Positions 1 through 9,056 of a stretch of 64,000 nucleotides of DNA are shown here, in pieces; positions within the stretch are counted from its first letter, which is position 1; the number at the start of each line of letters is the position of its first letter. The stretch spans positions 1 through 64,000 of IMG/VR virus record IMGVR_UViG_3300008448_000038; one strand, given 5' to 3'. Position numbers and translations under genes: made by a program. Below the pieces are notes generated by a model that worked only from the letters and a program-made list of their open reading frames with translations, ran no database searches and was not told where the DNA came from. Source of the stretch: a virus.

Positions 1-187
1 GATTTGCTTCGTCTTTCCAGTCTTCGTCCTTAAATGGCTCTCTGATTTCTACGCAATCAATCTTAGCCAAATAAGATCCAAATTCTTTCCTTACCGCATA
101 ATCCATAACATCCATAGGCTTTCTAAATCTTGTGTCATACACTGTCCAAAGTGTAATCGTCGTTTTATATAGTGGCTTTTTTCTCAT
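1..187 (-). CDS. Hypothetical protein, partial (runs off window)
   Basis: Manual translation from ATG at 187: MRKKPLYKTTITLWTVYDTRFRKPMDVMDYAVRKEFGSYLAKIDCVEIREPFKDEDWKDEAN..., open to the window edge; same strand as its neighbours. Confidence 0.6.
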   Translation of the reverse strand, partial: MRKKPLYKTTITLWTVYDTRFRKPMDVMDYAVRKEFGSYLAKIDCVEIREPFKDEDWKDEAN

Positions 188-189
188 AA

Positions 190-297
190 AGATCCATATG
201 GGATTTGCACCCATTACCTAGCTTTGTCACAGAATAGGTGGTTTTACGCTAGAGCGAGTCTTGTCAACACCGCGTGTTCCTACCACGCCGATGGATT
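190..297 (-). ncRNA. tRNA-like structured RNA with expanded central arms
   Basis: Reverse complement folds as acceptor ATCCAT/ATGGAT, D-like stem GCGTG/CACGC, T-like arm ATGGG-TGCAAAT-CCCAT; no canonical anticodon arm; 6 nt downstream of tRNA-Arg. Confidence 0.55.
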
Positions 298-303
298 CAT
301 AAA

Positions 304-377
304 CATTCCCGACAGGAATTGAACCTGTAACCTTAGCATTAGAAGTGCCACGCTCTATCCAATTGAGCTACGGGAAT
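304..377 (-). tRNA. tRNA-Arg (anticodon TCT), CCA not encoded
   Basis: Reverse complement ATTCCCG TA GCTC AATTGGATA GAGC G TGGCA CT-TCT-AA TGCTA AGGTT ACAGG TTCAATT CCTGT CGGGAAT G is a complete cloverleaf. Confidence 0.95.
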
Positions 378-383
378 ATGTCT

Positions 384-701
384 TTACTCACTGAGTCGTA
401 GACCGCTACCTAGAATCGGTCCAGATCCCATATTGCCTGTAAAGATACCAGTTGAAGCCTCAATATACTTGGCTTCCATTTCCTTGACTGGTTCGGTTTC
501 GAATACCACAAAGATATCAGAAATTTCAAGACCATCGCCATGGTTTGCATATGGCATATATGGAGCGAAACCAATCTTTCCATCACCGACAGGAATCAGA
601 ATAAATGGCTTCTGAATCGTGTATGTTGCGGCAACTCCATCAAATGAAACCTTGCCGATAAGTTCTTCACCACTAGTAAGACGTAGAATAAGTGTTTGCA
701 T
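384..701 (-). CDS. Conserved T4-like small Sm-like beta-barrel protein
   Basis: ILRLTSGEELIG...IGFAPYMPY pattern seen in small proteins of T4-like phages; N-terminus resembles ORF 49637. Confidence 0.6.
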   Translation of the reverse strand: MQTLILRLTSGEELIGKVSFDGVAATYTIQKPFILIPVGDGKIGFAPYMPYANHGDGLEISDIFVVFETEPVKEMEAKYIEASTGIFTGNMGSGPILGSGLRLSE

Positions 702-1194
702 GTTCTTTTTCCTTTATTGCATCAGTATACCAAAACGGACAGGGATTGCAAGACCACTTGGCGAATTTACTCTTTTCGCCAACGTAGTAAGCACGATATG
801 CTCGGACAGCATCACCAGTTACCTTGTATTTATCAGGCATTGCCTGAGCAAATGGCGTGATATCTTTGTTGATGAAATTCGGTCGCATTTGAAACATTTC
901 GTTGATAAGAGATTCAGACTTATGATTGCGCTCATACCGCTTACTGTAGAAGTGGCAGAGGCTACGAGCGTGTAGTACAAGCCATTCGTAATTTGCAGAA
1001 GATTCTGTAGCCCACTTAGTGCATGGATGATTGACAAAGCACTTCTTGTAAAGTGGCAGATTGTGTGGGTTGTTAGAAAGATGATGAACCGTAGAAAGCA
1101 TTTGAGCACTTTCAAGGATCATCTTTACGACATGCTTATCGCACATGTAACTGGCTGCAAGTACTGGATCTTGGTCAAGTACAAAGATGTTCAT
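673..1194 (-). CDS. Pyrimidine-dimer DNA glycosylase (endonuclease V)-like protein
   Basis: MNIFVLD..P..AA..MCDKHVVKMILESAQMLST, NHPCTKW, FAQAMPD, AYRAYY motifs. Confidence 0.75.
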   Translation of the reverse strand: MNIFVLDQDPVLAASYMCDKHVVKMILESAQMLSTVHHLSNNPHNLPLYKKCFVNHPCTKWATESSANYEWLVLHARSLCHFYSKRYERNHKSESLINEMFQMRPNFINKDITPFAQAMPDKYKVTGDAVRAYRAYYVGEKSKFAKWSCNPCPFWYTDAIKEKEHANTYSTSY

Positions 1195-1195
1195 G

Positions 1196-1447
1196 TTATT
1201 CCTTGGGAGGTTTAGACTTAGTAACGAATTTGTCAGTATATACTAGGCTGACACCCGGTATCTTAGTCTCATCGTTCGCATAGTCAATAGCTTTCTCATG
1301 AAGATCTTTATTAAGTTCTTCGATGTATGTGGTGTAGTTGGTAAAATACATCACTAACCACAGCAGCATCAGTTCTTCGTCTGACAGGTTTTGAACATTA
1401 AAGTTTTTGATAAATTCTTCTGGATCACCAAACATGTTATTCTCCAA
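1196..1447 (-). CDS. Hypothetical protein
   Basis: 83-aa ORF packed tightly between guaC and the glycosylase. Confidence 0.6.
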   Translation of the reverse strand: MENNMFGDPEEFIKNFNVQNLSDEELMLLWLVMYFTNYTTYIEELNKDLHEKAIDYANDETKIPGVSLVYTDKFVTKSKPPKE

Positions 1448-2462
1448 AAATTTTGTTGTATTGATTGTTTACTCTAACGAATTGTGCATTATTGTGCAAT
1501 TCATTTAGATCCCTTGCACCGACATAGGTGCAAGCAGAGCGAACCCCACCCATAATTTCCTTGACAGTATTTGCTACTTCACCGCGCTCTTCAACCACAA
1601 TCTTCTTTCCCTCAGCACAACGATACTCTGGCCGATGATTGTAGTGATTTGTCATTGCATGTTCCGATGCCATGCCATAGAAGGTCGGGACTGACTTGCC
1701 TTGTGCATAGTCATATTCCCACCCACCAGACTCGTCGTGGCCTGCTAGCATGCCGCCAAGCATGACCATCTTAGCACCAGCGGCGAAAGCCTTGGCTACA
1801 TCACCGGGATGTACGCACCCACCATCCGCGACTATACCCGAGAACCCCGGAAGATTCTTTGCATCTTCGGCGCAATGGTGAACCGCCGAAAACTGGGGAT
1901 ACCCTACTCCGGTCATCTTGCGTGTCGTACATGCGCTGCCGGGGCCGATTCCAACCTTTACAAAGTCTGCTCCTTCGATCCATAGTGCTTCTACTCCTTC
2001 TGGGGTGACAACATTTCCTGCAATAATATTTACACGATCTCCGTACTTACTACGAATATTTTTTACTAGTGTCTTGAAACTTTCGATGTAACCATTTGCC
2101 ACATCGATGCAGACAAACTTGAAAAAGTTTTCCTTTTCCATCACCTTGTAGAATGTTTGCTGTGATGCCGTATCCATGCCGATAGTCGGCGCAGAAAAAT
2201 ACTGAACATCCTTTGCAAGTGATTGTAGATCATTCGCGGTATAATGCTTATGCAAGCAAGTCAACCACATGTGCTTGGTGAGGGCTTCTGCCATGTTTAA
2301 CGTCCCAGTCGTAGCCATATTAGCTGCAACGACTGGAATACCAGTCCAAGGAATTCTACCCACAGTTCTGATCAGGGAAACATCAGATCTTGAGTTGACC
2401 TTTGATGGTTGCGGTACGATCAGAACATCCGAATAGTCTAATTGTGTTTCTTTAATTTGCAT
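1437..2462 (-). CDS. guaC: GMP reductase
   Basis: LDYSDVLIVP, SRSDV, AANM, CIDVANGY, VKVGIGPGSACTTR, GVGYPQ, MLGGMLAGHDE, FYGMAS, EGK, GGVRSACTYVGA; no CBS domains. Confidence 0.92.
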   Translation of the reverse strand: MQIKETQLDYSDVLIVPQPSKVNSRSDVSLIRTVGRIPWTGIPVVAANMATTGTLNMAEALTKHMWLTCLHKHYTANDLQSLAKDVQYFSAPTIGMDTASQQTFYKVMEKENFFKFVCIDVANGYIESFKTLVKNIRSKYGDRVNIIAGNVVTPEGVEALWIEGADFVKVGIGPGSACTTRKMTGVGYPQFSAVHHCAEDAKNLPGFSGIVADGGCVHPGDVAKAFAAGAKMVMLGGMLAGHDESGGWEYDYAQGKSVPTFYGMASEHAMTNHYNHRPEYRCAEGKKIVVEERGEVANTVKEIMGGVRSACTYVGARDLNELHNNAQFVRVNNQYNKIFGE

Positions 2463-2932
2463 AGTTGCTTGAGATTATACCACAGTGTCTGTGAAATTCC
2501 AAGCAGTGACTTCATGAAATTCTTGACTGAGAACTTTCCCCGTACTGGTTTCCAGAGTTTCTTTGGGCATGTGGCTCCAGCAACAGTTAACTTTACAGTC
2601 AACCTTGCTCTTGGGTTCATTCCACAGCCACAGAGTTTGCAATACCCTATCGGATCTTGTGGTGATTTGGCAAGACCGGGGCATTTAAGGCATTGTTCTT
2701 TTCTGGCCTCAAATACTTTCTTGGATACTTCTGTAGTGAATGCGCTATTTAATTCGAATAAAAAATATAATAATATTTTTTCCCATAGTTTTGTTTTTAC
2801 AATGGGAGATATTTTTTTAGCTGTATTATTTTGTGTTGGGAATTTAATAAGAGGAGATGTTTTGTTGTTGTTTTCAGGAACTTCAATTTTTTCTCCTTTG
2901 TGTATTTCTTTTTCTATTATTCTAAATTTCAT
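2438..2932 (-). CDS. Cys-rich putative metal-binding protein (CxxC...CxxCGC...CP)
   Basis: QCLKC, YCKLCGCG, ATCPKKLW; start moved to ATG 2932 (ATGA overlap with the upstream stop). Confidence 0.65.
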   Translation of the reverse strand: MKFRIIEKEIHKGEKIEVPENNNKTSPLIKFPTQNNTAKKISPIVKTKLWEKILLYFLFELNSAFTTEVSKKVFEARKEQCLKCPGLAKSPQDPIGYCKLCGCGMNPRARLTVKLTVAGATCPKKLWKPVRGKFSVKNFMKSLLGISQTLWYNLKQLCKLKKHN

Positions 2933-5900
2933 GTTTTTTTCTTCCAACAACCTATAAGCCCTAAAGAACGTGCCCAATTCGCAAATTGATTTTGGTCCCA
3001 CCATAAAGAATTTTGCTGTTCTTCTGGAGTATCAAATACAAATATATCTTCATCACTTACATTACAATCTGTTGCACAGTCAAAGCTTGAGACAAAATCA
3101 CCGGGTGGAACAGAATTTAAACATTCTTTACAACAATCACTTTCAGGATCTAACTCTAAACCTGATAATAGGTCAACACAGTTAGCCCCAAACATACCAT
3201 CGTCTTGACAAGCAACAAAATTTCCAGAACCCGGTTCTTCATATGTACTAGGAGCGACATAACAACTTCCACTATAAAGATAATCGAGTGTACCATAGCA
3301 AGTTACTCCCGTCAATCCCTGCTGTTCTACTGGAGTGCTAGGAAGTTCTGTGCCATTCCAAAGCGAACCTTTTAAATGGCAAGGAGCTTCTATATCTCTA
3401 AATTTCGCAACACCACCACCGAAAATATTTAATCCGCCACATAAAGAATTTGCTATATAACGACAAATCGTATAATGGGGTGTTTGAGGATTATTGATAA
3501 CTGCGGATTTGTAAGAGCCTAAAGTATATCCACCACCACCACCCATAGCATCATAATTTGGAGGTGAACAATTTCCTAGCTCATTATCAGAATTATAGCA
3601 GTCATTATTAAATTCTGATTCTTCGTATCCACTACTTGTATTACGATCTACAATTATTCCTTCGCACCCACAAAAACTTCCTTTATAAAAATTGATCATA
3701 TCATCATTTACAAATCCAATAGATCTCAATTGTTCCTCTGTAATATTAAACATAATTTTTGAACAATCAAATTGATCATCGGAACCAAACATGATTTTTC
3801 CTTGGCTAGTTACTGGACTACAAATCCCCCATGTTCGTCCAGTAGCAGGGGATAGTGTATTAATAAAATTAAGTTCAAAATCAGTATCAAATTCTAATAT
3901 ACTACGAGGATTTTGATCTGAATTTATGAACCCTCCGTTTGGAGTAATTAAAATATTTCCAGTTGCTGGATCCCTGTCCCATCTCTTAAAATCATAATCG
4001 GCACTTCGACTATACCCATAACCCAGCACTATTCCAGACACACCGCCAAACAATCCTTGATTCCAAGGACCAAAAGCATTAGGATCATTATTTGTAATTG
4101 GTCCATTAGCAGCCCATGCGGAAATACCTTGTTCTGGATATTTTGGACATCTACACCATCTTGCAGCTTTATAAGCACAGTCCTCTGCAAAATTATTGCC
4201 AAGTTTACATTCTGGACAATTTTCCATAAGTTCACAACATTCTTGGGTAAACATACCAACGAAATCTGAGTATGGTAAATTATAAGGATATTGTGGATTT
4301 CCTCCAGTGGCTCCCGGTATTTCCCAGTATCTATTTGGCGGCAATCCAAATATCCATGTAATACCTTCGTTAGAAAGCGAATTAAGAGAATTGTTTACAG
4401 TTCTGTTGAAGCTATCACAAAAATCATATCCAAAACAATCTGGTAAATTTTGTATCGTTACGCCCGGTATTGTAAATACTTGATCAGTTGGAAGAAAACT
4501 ATATGGGTTTTGATCTCTAAATGCTATTGGGCCATACCAATTGAAATCATATGATATTGAGTCAATTTCATTGTCATAAACAATACTATTTGCCCCATCA
4601 CTTTCAATCACTAATCCATTACAACCACTAACTGCTGCTCCTCCTTCCGATGGCATTCTATGTCTGGGTACACCGGAACATTTTGCATTAAATGCTGAAA
4701 ATTTTTCTGGATATGGGGATGGACATGGAAAATCTTGTCCTTGCGCGCAACAAGCTTGCGAATAACATATAGTGCAATTTTCAAAAGTTTTTGTTAATCT
4801 GACACCAAGATTTTTGGTTTTATATTCTTCAATTTCTTCAGCATTTCTTGAAATAACTCTATGAGGAATAACACTTGCATCCCATGTCATGCCTCTACTT
4901 TGAAATCTAACAAAAGATAATTCAGACTTTCCATATGCTTGTATAATAAAAAATCTGTTATCGGGAACATTAGGACATGGAGCATCTTGGATAGGTGAAG
5001 TGCCCTCAACTGGATAAGTATGAGCTGCAAATAAAATATCTGGTGTTTCGGAATATGTTGTTCTTCCACAATATGGGTCAATAGCAATTCCTGTTGTTGG
5101 ATCATCAAATGGTGGGCGCAAAACACAATCTCCGAATAAACAATTTGTGGTTGGATTCCAAGCAAAATCTAAAAATCCTTCATTTGGATCATTTGCAATG
5201 CATTTATTTATTTGAGAATGAGCTAAAACTCTCGCAAAGGAAGGAAATGCTCCATTACCCGGATCTTGTACATATCCATATTTTCTAAAAAACCAATTGT
5301 CTTGTGGAGGACTTCCCGGTCCAGCCAACCCCGGACCCCATGCCGAAAAGTCCCATTTCCCGGGCAGCATGAGCATATATGTGTAAGTAATTTGTGATAA
5401 TTTTGCTATAAGACTTAATTTTCTTAAATTACGCTGTTCTGCGGTTTCATTGGGATAACTTCCCTTTAAATCTATTTCATCAATAGGAGCAAAGACATTA
5501 GCATATGTCATTGCTTGTATTTGTCTCAATTCTTCTACTGGATCTCCGTTTTCATTCTGGAATAGGAATTCATAAGTTCCACTTAAAACATCATAAGGCA
5601 TGAAGACATTTACGTCTGTTGGAACTGGACCAGAGCCGGGGGGCAACTCAGATTGTCCATATTGGTTATCTCCCCATCCAATAATTGATCCATCGGACAA
5701 TAAAGCTATACTAAAATGTTCTCCCGCTGATATGTCAATAACTTGGCCAATACTTGACGGAACATTACACTGACCAAAATCATTATTACCCCAACAATAT
5801 ACTACACCAGTGTTGTCTAACGCAATAGTATGATATCCACCAGATGAAATTTTAACTATATCAACATTAGGATTATTTAATATTTCTGTAGGAACAACAC

Positions 5901-8106
5901 ATTGATTTGAATCATTTCTACCCCAACATATTGGTTTATCATTTAATCCAATTACAGAGGTGTGATAATGGCCAGCTGATATTTGTTTTGCTTTAGTATC
6001 AGGTGGTACTGTCGATTGTCCATATTGATTGTTTCCCCAGCAAATAACATTATTATTTGCTAAACGTACCGCAGTATGAAGTAATCCAGCAGATATCTCG
6101 TTTACTGTTCCAATATTAGGAGGAATAATACTTTGTCCATAGTTTGGGGCTACTCCAGTATTTTCAAGTCCCGCTCCCCAACATGTCAATCCACTTGACG
6201 TAAGTGCAACAGTATGTGCTCCACCGGCGGAAATTTCAAATATACTACTTGACGTTAACCCTATTGGTATAGACGATTGACCGTATTGATTACTACCCCA
6301 AGAAATAATATTGTTTGTATTAGTAAGTACTACTGTGTGAGCACCGCCAGCTGAAAATTTTATTATATTATCGTCAATAATTGGCACTGATGACTGCTGG
6401 GCATCATTAGATCCCCAGCATTTTAAAGTGCCGTTACTTCGTAGGCCTGCGCTATGAACATTTCCTGCTTCAATACTAACATATTGTACATCCCAATCTA
6501 TATCTCCGAAATATCCGGGTACACTTAAAGCGCGGTGTCTTTTTCTTATTGGGCCAAGTGGTGTTCCGAAAATTTTTGCTATTGTTTCAGTTTTTTGTGC
6601 ATCCGATAAATTTCTTAAATCTTCAACTGTACCTGTAAGAGGTATTGGTCTTGGAAGCATCATTGCAGCAAACAAATCATAATTTGCACCAGAAATTCCT
6701 AGTGCTTCTCTATAATAACTCTCTGCAATTATTAATTCTTCAACAGCTTCTTGTCTCCAATCTTTAGCTGTTATATTTACAAATTTTTGCCCTGCCATCA
6801 ATCCTAGAATAGGTCTTACCGCATTTGTATTATTCTGATCTGGATATGGTTGTTGACCATAAATTCCAAAATTTCCTGTTGGATTTGGAAAAATTGCAGT
6901 AAAGGCACGCATATTTGTAATTACATTACTTACATCTATAGCTCCATAATCTTTTGCGAATTCATGCAGATCAAACTCAAAGAAAGGAATTGCTGAACAG
7001 CCATAAATAAACCTTCTAGGTATTAAAAAGCTAAGAGGAAAATTTGCATCTTCATAAGCATTATTACATGCTCCTGCCTCGCCCAATCCCCAGTGATGTT
7101 CACATTGTATGAATCCTAAACACTGAAGTCTTAATGGTGTTGAAAAAGCACTTCCACTTATTTGTTTTCCAGAAGCCGATGTTTCTGGTTGATTTTGTTC
7201 AAAGTAATTTATATTATTAATGAATGGCCAATCTAAACCTCTGTTATAAGCAAAAATTTGAAAAGCCCATGGGTAATGTTCTCTTAAAATTCTTCTTCTA
7301 TAAGGAGAAATACCCATACGATTACAATATTCATTTTTTGCTATACTTGCGGGCGTACCGGCCACATATTTTTGCCTAAACGTAGAATCTGTATAGCAAC
7401 ATTCATCTTCACCAGCCGTGGAGCAAGGATATCCACTTTCCACAGAAGGACCTGAATTTGAATTTGCATTTATAACACCAGCAAAAACTGTTTCAGTTGG
7501 ATATCGAAAAATAAAAGGATCTTCTCCATATGCAACTCCTTTTATTGTGTTAAAAAAAGCTCTAAATCCTTTTTCAAGACCAGCACCACCATAGTATAGT
7601 TGATTTGTGCTAAATGAATCTTCGGAGTCTGCATCTGGTGGAGATGCATCCCTATTTGGAATTAACGTATGAGAGCATACATCTCCCTCAAGTGTACGAC
7701 CAAAATGCAAATTATATTCGGGACCACCTCCCGAATCACCTAAATCGGGATTTACTTGATTAAGTCTGGTAAATTCAGTGGATTCACATTCTGGAATATT
7801 AGTAGTATAATTACACATGTAAGATGGATGCCACCAAACCCAATATGACCCCATTTTTTTATATTGAAGTTTAAGTGTAGCCGGACTATTTTCTAGATTG
7901 TAATTAGTAGGGGTTGTACTTTTGCCATCCGTTTCAATCTTTACACCCTGATACAAAATAAGATCATCATTTAAATCTATTGGATTACCAGACCAATCAT
8001 TAATCCTAGATCCTGAAAAACAAGATTGGCAACAAACATCTTGGCATCCGGTTGGGGGTGGTGGTGATATAGTAGATCCGCAGCAGCAAGTAGATAAAAA
8101 GGTCAT
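2929..8106 (-). CDS. Large Cys-rich protein with an RCC1/BLIP-II beta-propeller; probable virion or adhesion protein
   Basis: 1725 aa; seven ISAGxxH(T/S)xAL...CWGxNxxGQ repeats; Cys clusters at both ends. Confidence 0.8.
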   Translation of the reverse strand: MTFLSTCCCGSTISPPPPTGCQDVCCQSCFSGSRINDWSGNPIDLNDDLILYQGVKIETDGKSTTPTNYNLENSPATLKLQYKKMGSYWVWWHPSYMCNYTTNIPECESTEFTRLNQVNPDLGDSGGGPEYNLHFGRTLEGDVCSHTLIPNRDASPPDADSEDSFSTNQLYYGGAGLEKGFRAFFNTIKGVAYGEDPFIFRYPTETVFAGVINANSNSGPSVESGYPCSTAGEDECCYTDSTFRQKYVAGTPASIAKNEYCNRMGISPYRRRILREHYPWAFQIFAYNRGLDWPFINNINYFEQNQPETSASGKQISGSAFSTPLRLQCLGFIQCEHHWGLGEAGACNNAYEDANFPLSFLIPRRFIYGCSAIPFFEFDLHEFAKDYGAIDVSNVITNMRAFTAIFPNPTGNFGIYGQQPYPDQNNTNAVRPILGLMAGQKFVNITAKDWRQEAVEELIIAESYYREALGISGANYDLFAAMMLPRPIPLTGTVEDLRNLSDAQKTETIAKIFGTPLGPIRKRHRALSVPGYFGDIDWDVQYVSIEAGNVHSAGLRSNGTLKCWGSNDAQQSSVPIIDDNIIKFSAGGAHTVVLTNTNNIISWGSNQYGQSSIPIGLTSSSIFEISAGGAHTVALTSSGLTCWGAGLENTGVAPNYGQSIIPPNIGTVNEISAGLLHTAVRLANNNVICWGNNQYGQSTVPPDTKAKQISAGHYHTSVIGLNDKPICWGRNDSNQCVVPTEILNNPNVDIVKISSGGYHTIALDNTGVVYCWGNNDFGQCNVPSSIGQVIDISAGEHFSIALLSDGSIIGWGDNQYGQSELPPGSGPVPTDVNVFMPYDVLSGTYEFLFQNENGDPVEELRQIQAMTYANVFAPIDEIDLKGSYPNETAEQRNLRKLSLIAKLSQITYTYMLMLPGKWDFSAWGPGLAGPGSPPQDNWFFRKYGYVQDPGNGAFPSFARVLAHSQINKCIANDPNEGFLDFAWNPTTNCLFGDCVLRPPFDDPTTGIAIDPYCGRTTYSETPDILFAAHTYPVEGTSPIQDAPCPNVPDNRFFIIQAYGKSELSFVRFQSRGMTWDASVIPHRVISRNAEEIEEYKTKNLGVRLTKTFENCTICYSQACCAQGQDFPCPSPYPEKFSAFNAKCSGVPRHRMPSEGGAAVSGCNGLVIESDGANSIVYDNEIDSISYDFNWYGPIAFRDQNPYSFLPTDQVFTIPGVTIQNLPDCFGYDFCDSFNRTVNNSLNSLSNEGITWIFGLPPNRYWEIPGATGGNPQYPYNLPYSDFVGMFTQECCELMENCPECKLGNNFAEDCAYKAARWCRCPKYPEQGISAWAANGPITNNDPNAFGPWNQGLFGGVSGIVLGYGYSRSADYDFKRWDRDPATGNILITPNGGFINSDQNPRSILEFDTDFELNFINTLSPATGRTWGICSPVTSQGKIMFGSDDQFDCSKIMFNITEEQLRSIGFVNDDMINFYKGSFCGCEGIIVDRNTSSGYEESEFNNDCYNSDNELGNCSPPNYDAMGGGGGYTLGSYKSAVINNPQTPHYTICRYIANSLCGGLNIFGGGVAKFRDIEAPCHLKGSLWNGTELPSTPVEQQGLTGVTCYGTLDYLYSGSCYVAPSTYEEPGSGNFVACQDDGMFGANCVDLLSGLELDPESDCCKECLNSVPPGDFVSSFDCATDCNVSDEDIFVFDTPEEQQNSLWWDQNQFANWARSLGLIGCWKKKT
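5640..6490 (-). repeat. Seven tandem RCC1-like repeats (protein level)
   Basis: IEAGNVHS, FSAGGAHT, ISAGGAHT, ISAGLLHT, ISAGHYHT, ISSGGYHT, ISAGEHFS, each followed by a WG...Q(S/C) segment. Confidence 0.9.
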
Positions 8107-8270
8107 AGTTCAGCTTCAATTTTTTCAATCGTATCTCGTAGAGTCTTCATTTCATTGGCAAGCGCACGCCAATCTTTTGTTTCTAGGAGATAGTCTTCGT
8201 ATGTATCAATGCAAGAATGCGCTTTTTTGATTAATGTCAGAAGAGATTCTTTTAATTCTTGCTTGTCCAT
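8103..8270 (-). CDS. Small helical hypothetical protein (55 aa, not in the ORF track)
   Basis: MDKQELKESLLTLIKKAHSCIDTYEDYLLETKDWRALANEMKTLRDTIEKIEAEL*; ATGA overlap with the 8106 start; TACATA box 4 nt upstream. Confidence 0.7.
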   Translation of the reverse strand: MDKQELKESLLTLIKKAHSCIDTYEDYLLETKDWRALANEMKTLRDTIEKIEAEL

Positions 8271-8273
8271 ATA

Positions 8274-9056
8274 CTATGTATTTTCATTATCTTCCTTTGT
8301 CACTACTCTAATCACGTTTTCTTCTGCTTTTAAGTTTTCGTTTACCTTTATTTTATTTCGTCTGACCTTCAATCCGGCATTTGTTATCTCAATTGGATTT
8401 TCTTTCACCTCTGTTTTTAAAGGCGTTTGTTCTTGAATAAATCCAAATGGTGTTCCCTCTTCCTTGGCACGATTTATAAGGTCCACGATATTCAGTATTC
8501 TCTCGTTTTTCTTTTCCTCTTTGGCTGTCTTATCTACCTGAACATCAATACTCTCTATAGTCTTATAATAGAAAGATCTATAGAATCTAAGATCCATATC
8601 AAAGACAGTAATAAGACCTGACTTAGGGTATGGGCTTTCAATGATTGATGATTTTAGCCGCGAGTTTACTCTAGGAACTTTTAGTTTTCCGAAGAATCTA
8701 GCTTTACCAGTTCGACCCGCATTTCCCAGATTTGTATTTCGGGTGCATGTCATGATTCTGGTTTGCCCATTAGTTATTTTTCGGAATGTTACAACGCAAA
8801 TGTACTTTTCCAATGCTTCCATCAATTCACCCATGGATAATGAGTCTGATGGTGCATAGTCAGAATCTGTCTGGGAAATTTTAAAAATTTCTCCATCTAA
8901 TCGCTCCAACTTTATTTCTAAAGTGGATTGGTCTTCTTCGTCCTCTTCTTTTTCTTTGCTTTCTTTTTGATCGGCAAAGATTGCTGATAGATCTAGACCT
9001 TCAGTAATAGGTTTTACTTTATCAAACGGATCAGGTTGTTGGTTTGGCGGGGGCAT
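8274..9056 (-). CDS. WYL_2 (DUF2693)-like SH3/Sm-fold domain protein
   Basis: VVTFRKITNGQTRIMTCTRN...ITVFDMDLRFYRSF motif; start placed at the ATG of MPPPNQ. Confidence 0.6.
   Translation of the reverse strand: MPPPNQQPDPFDKVKPITEGLDLSAIFADQKESKEKEEDEEDQSTLEIKLERLDGEIFKISQTDSDYAPSDSLSMGELMEALEKYICVVTFRKITNGQTRIMTCTRNTNLGNAGRTGKARFFGKLKVPRVNSRLKSSIIESPYPKSGLITVFDMDLRFYRSFYYKTIESIDVQVDKTAKEEKKNERILNIVDLINRAKEEGTPFGFIQEQTPLKTEVKENPIEITNAGLKVRRNKIKVNENLKAEENVIRVVTKEDNENT

Noticed and set aside
241-267. TTGACA (minus strand) inside the tRNA-like element as a promoter -35 box
   Set aside because: No adequate -10 box at 16-18 nt spacing
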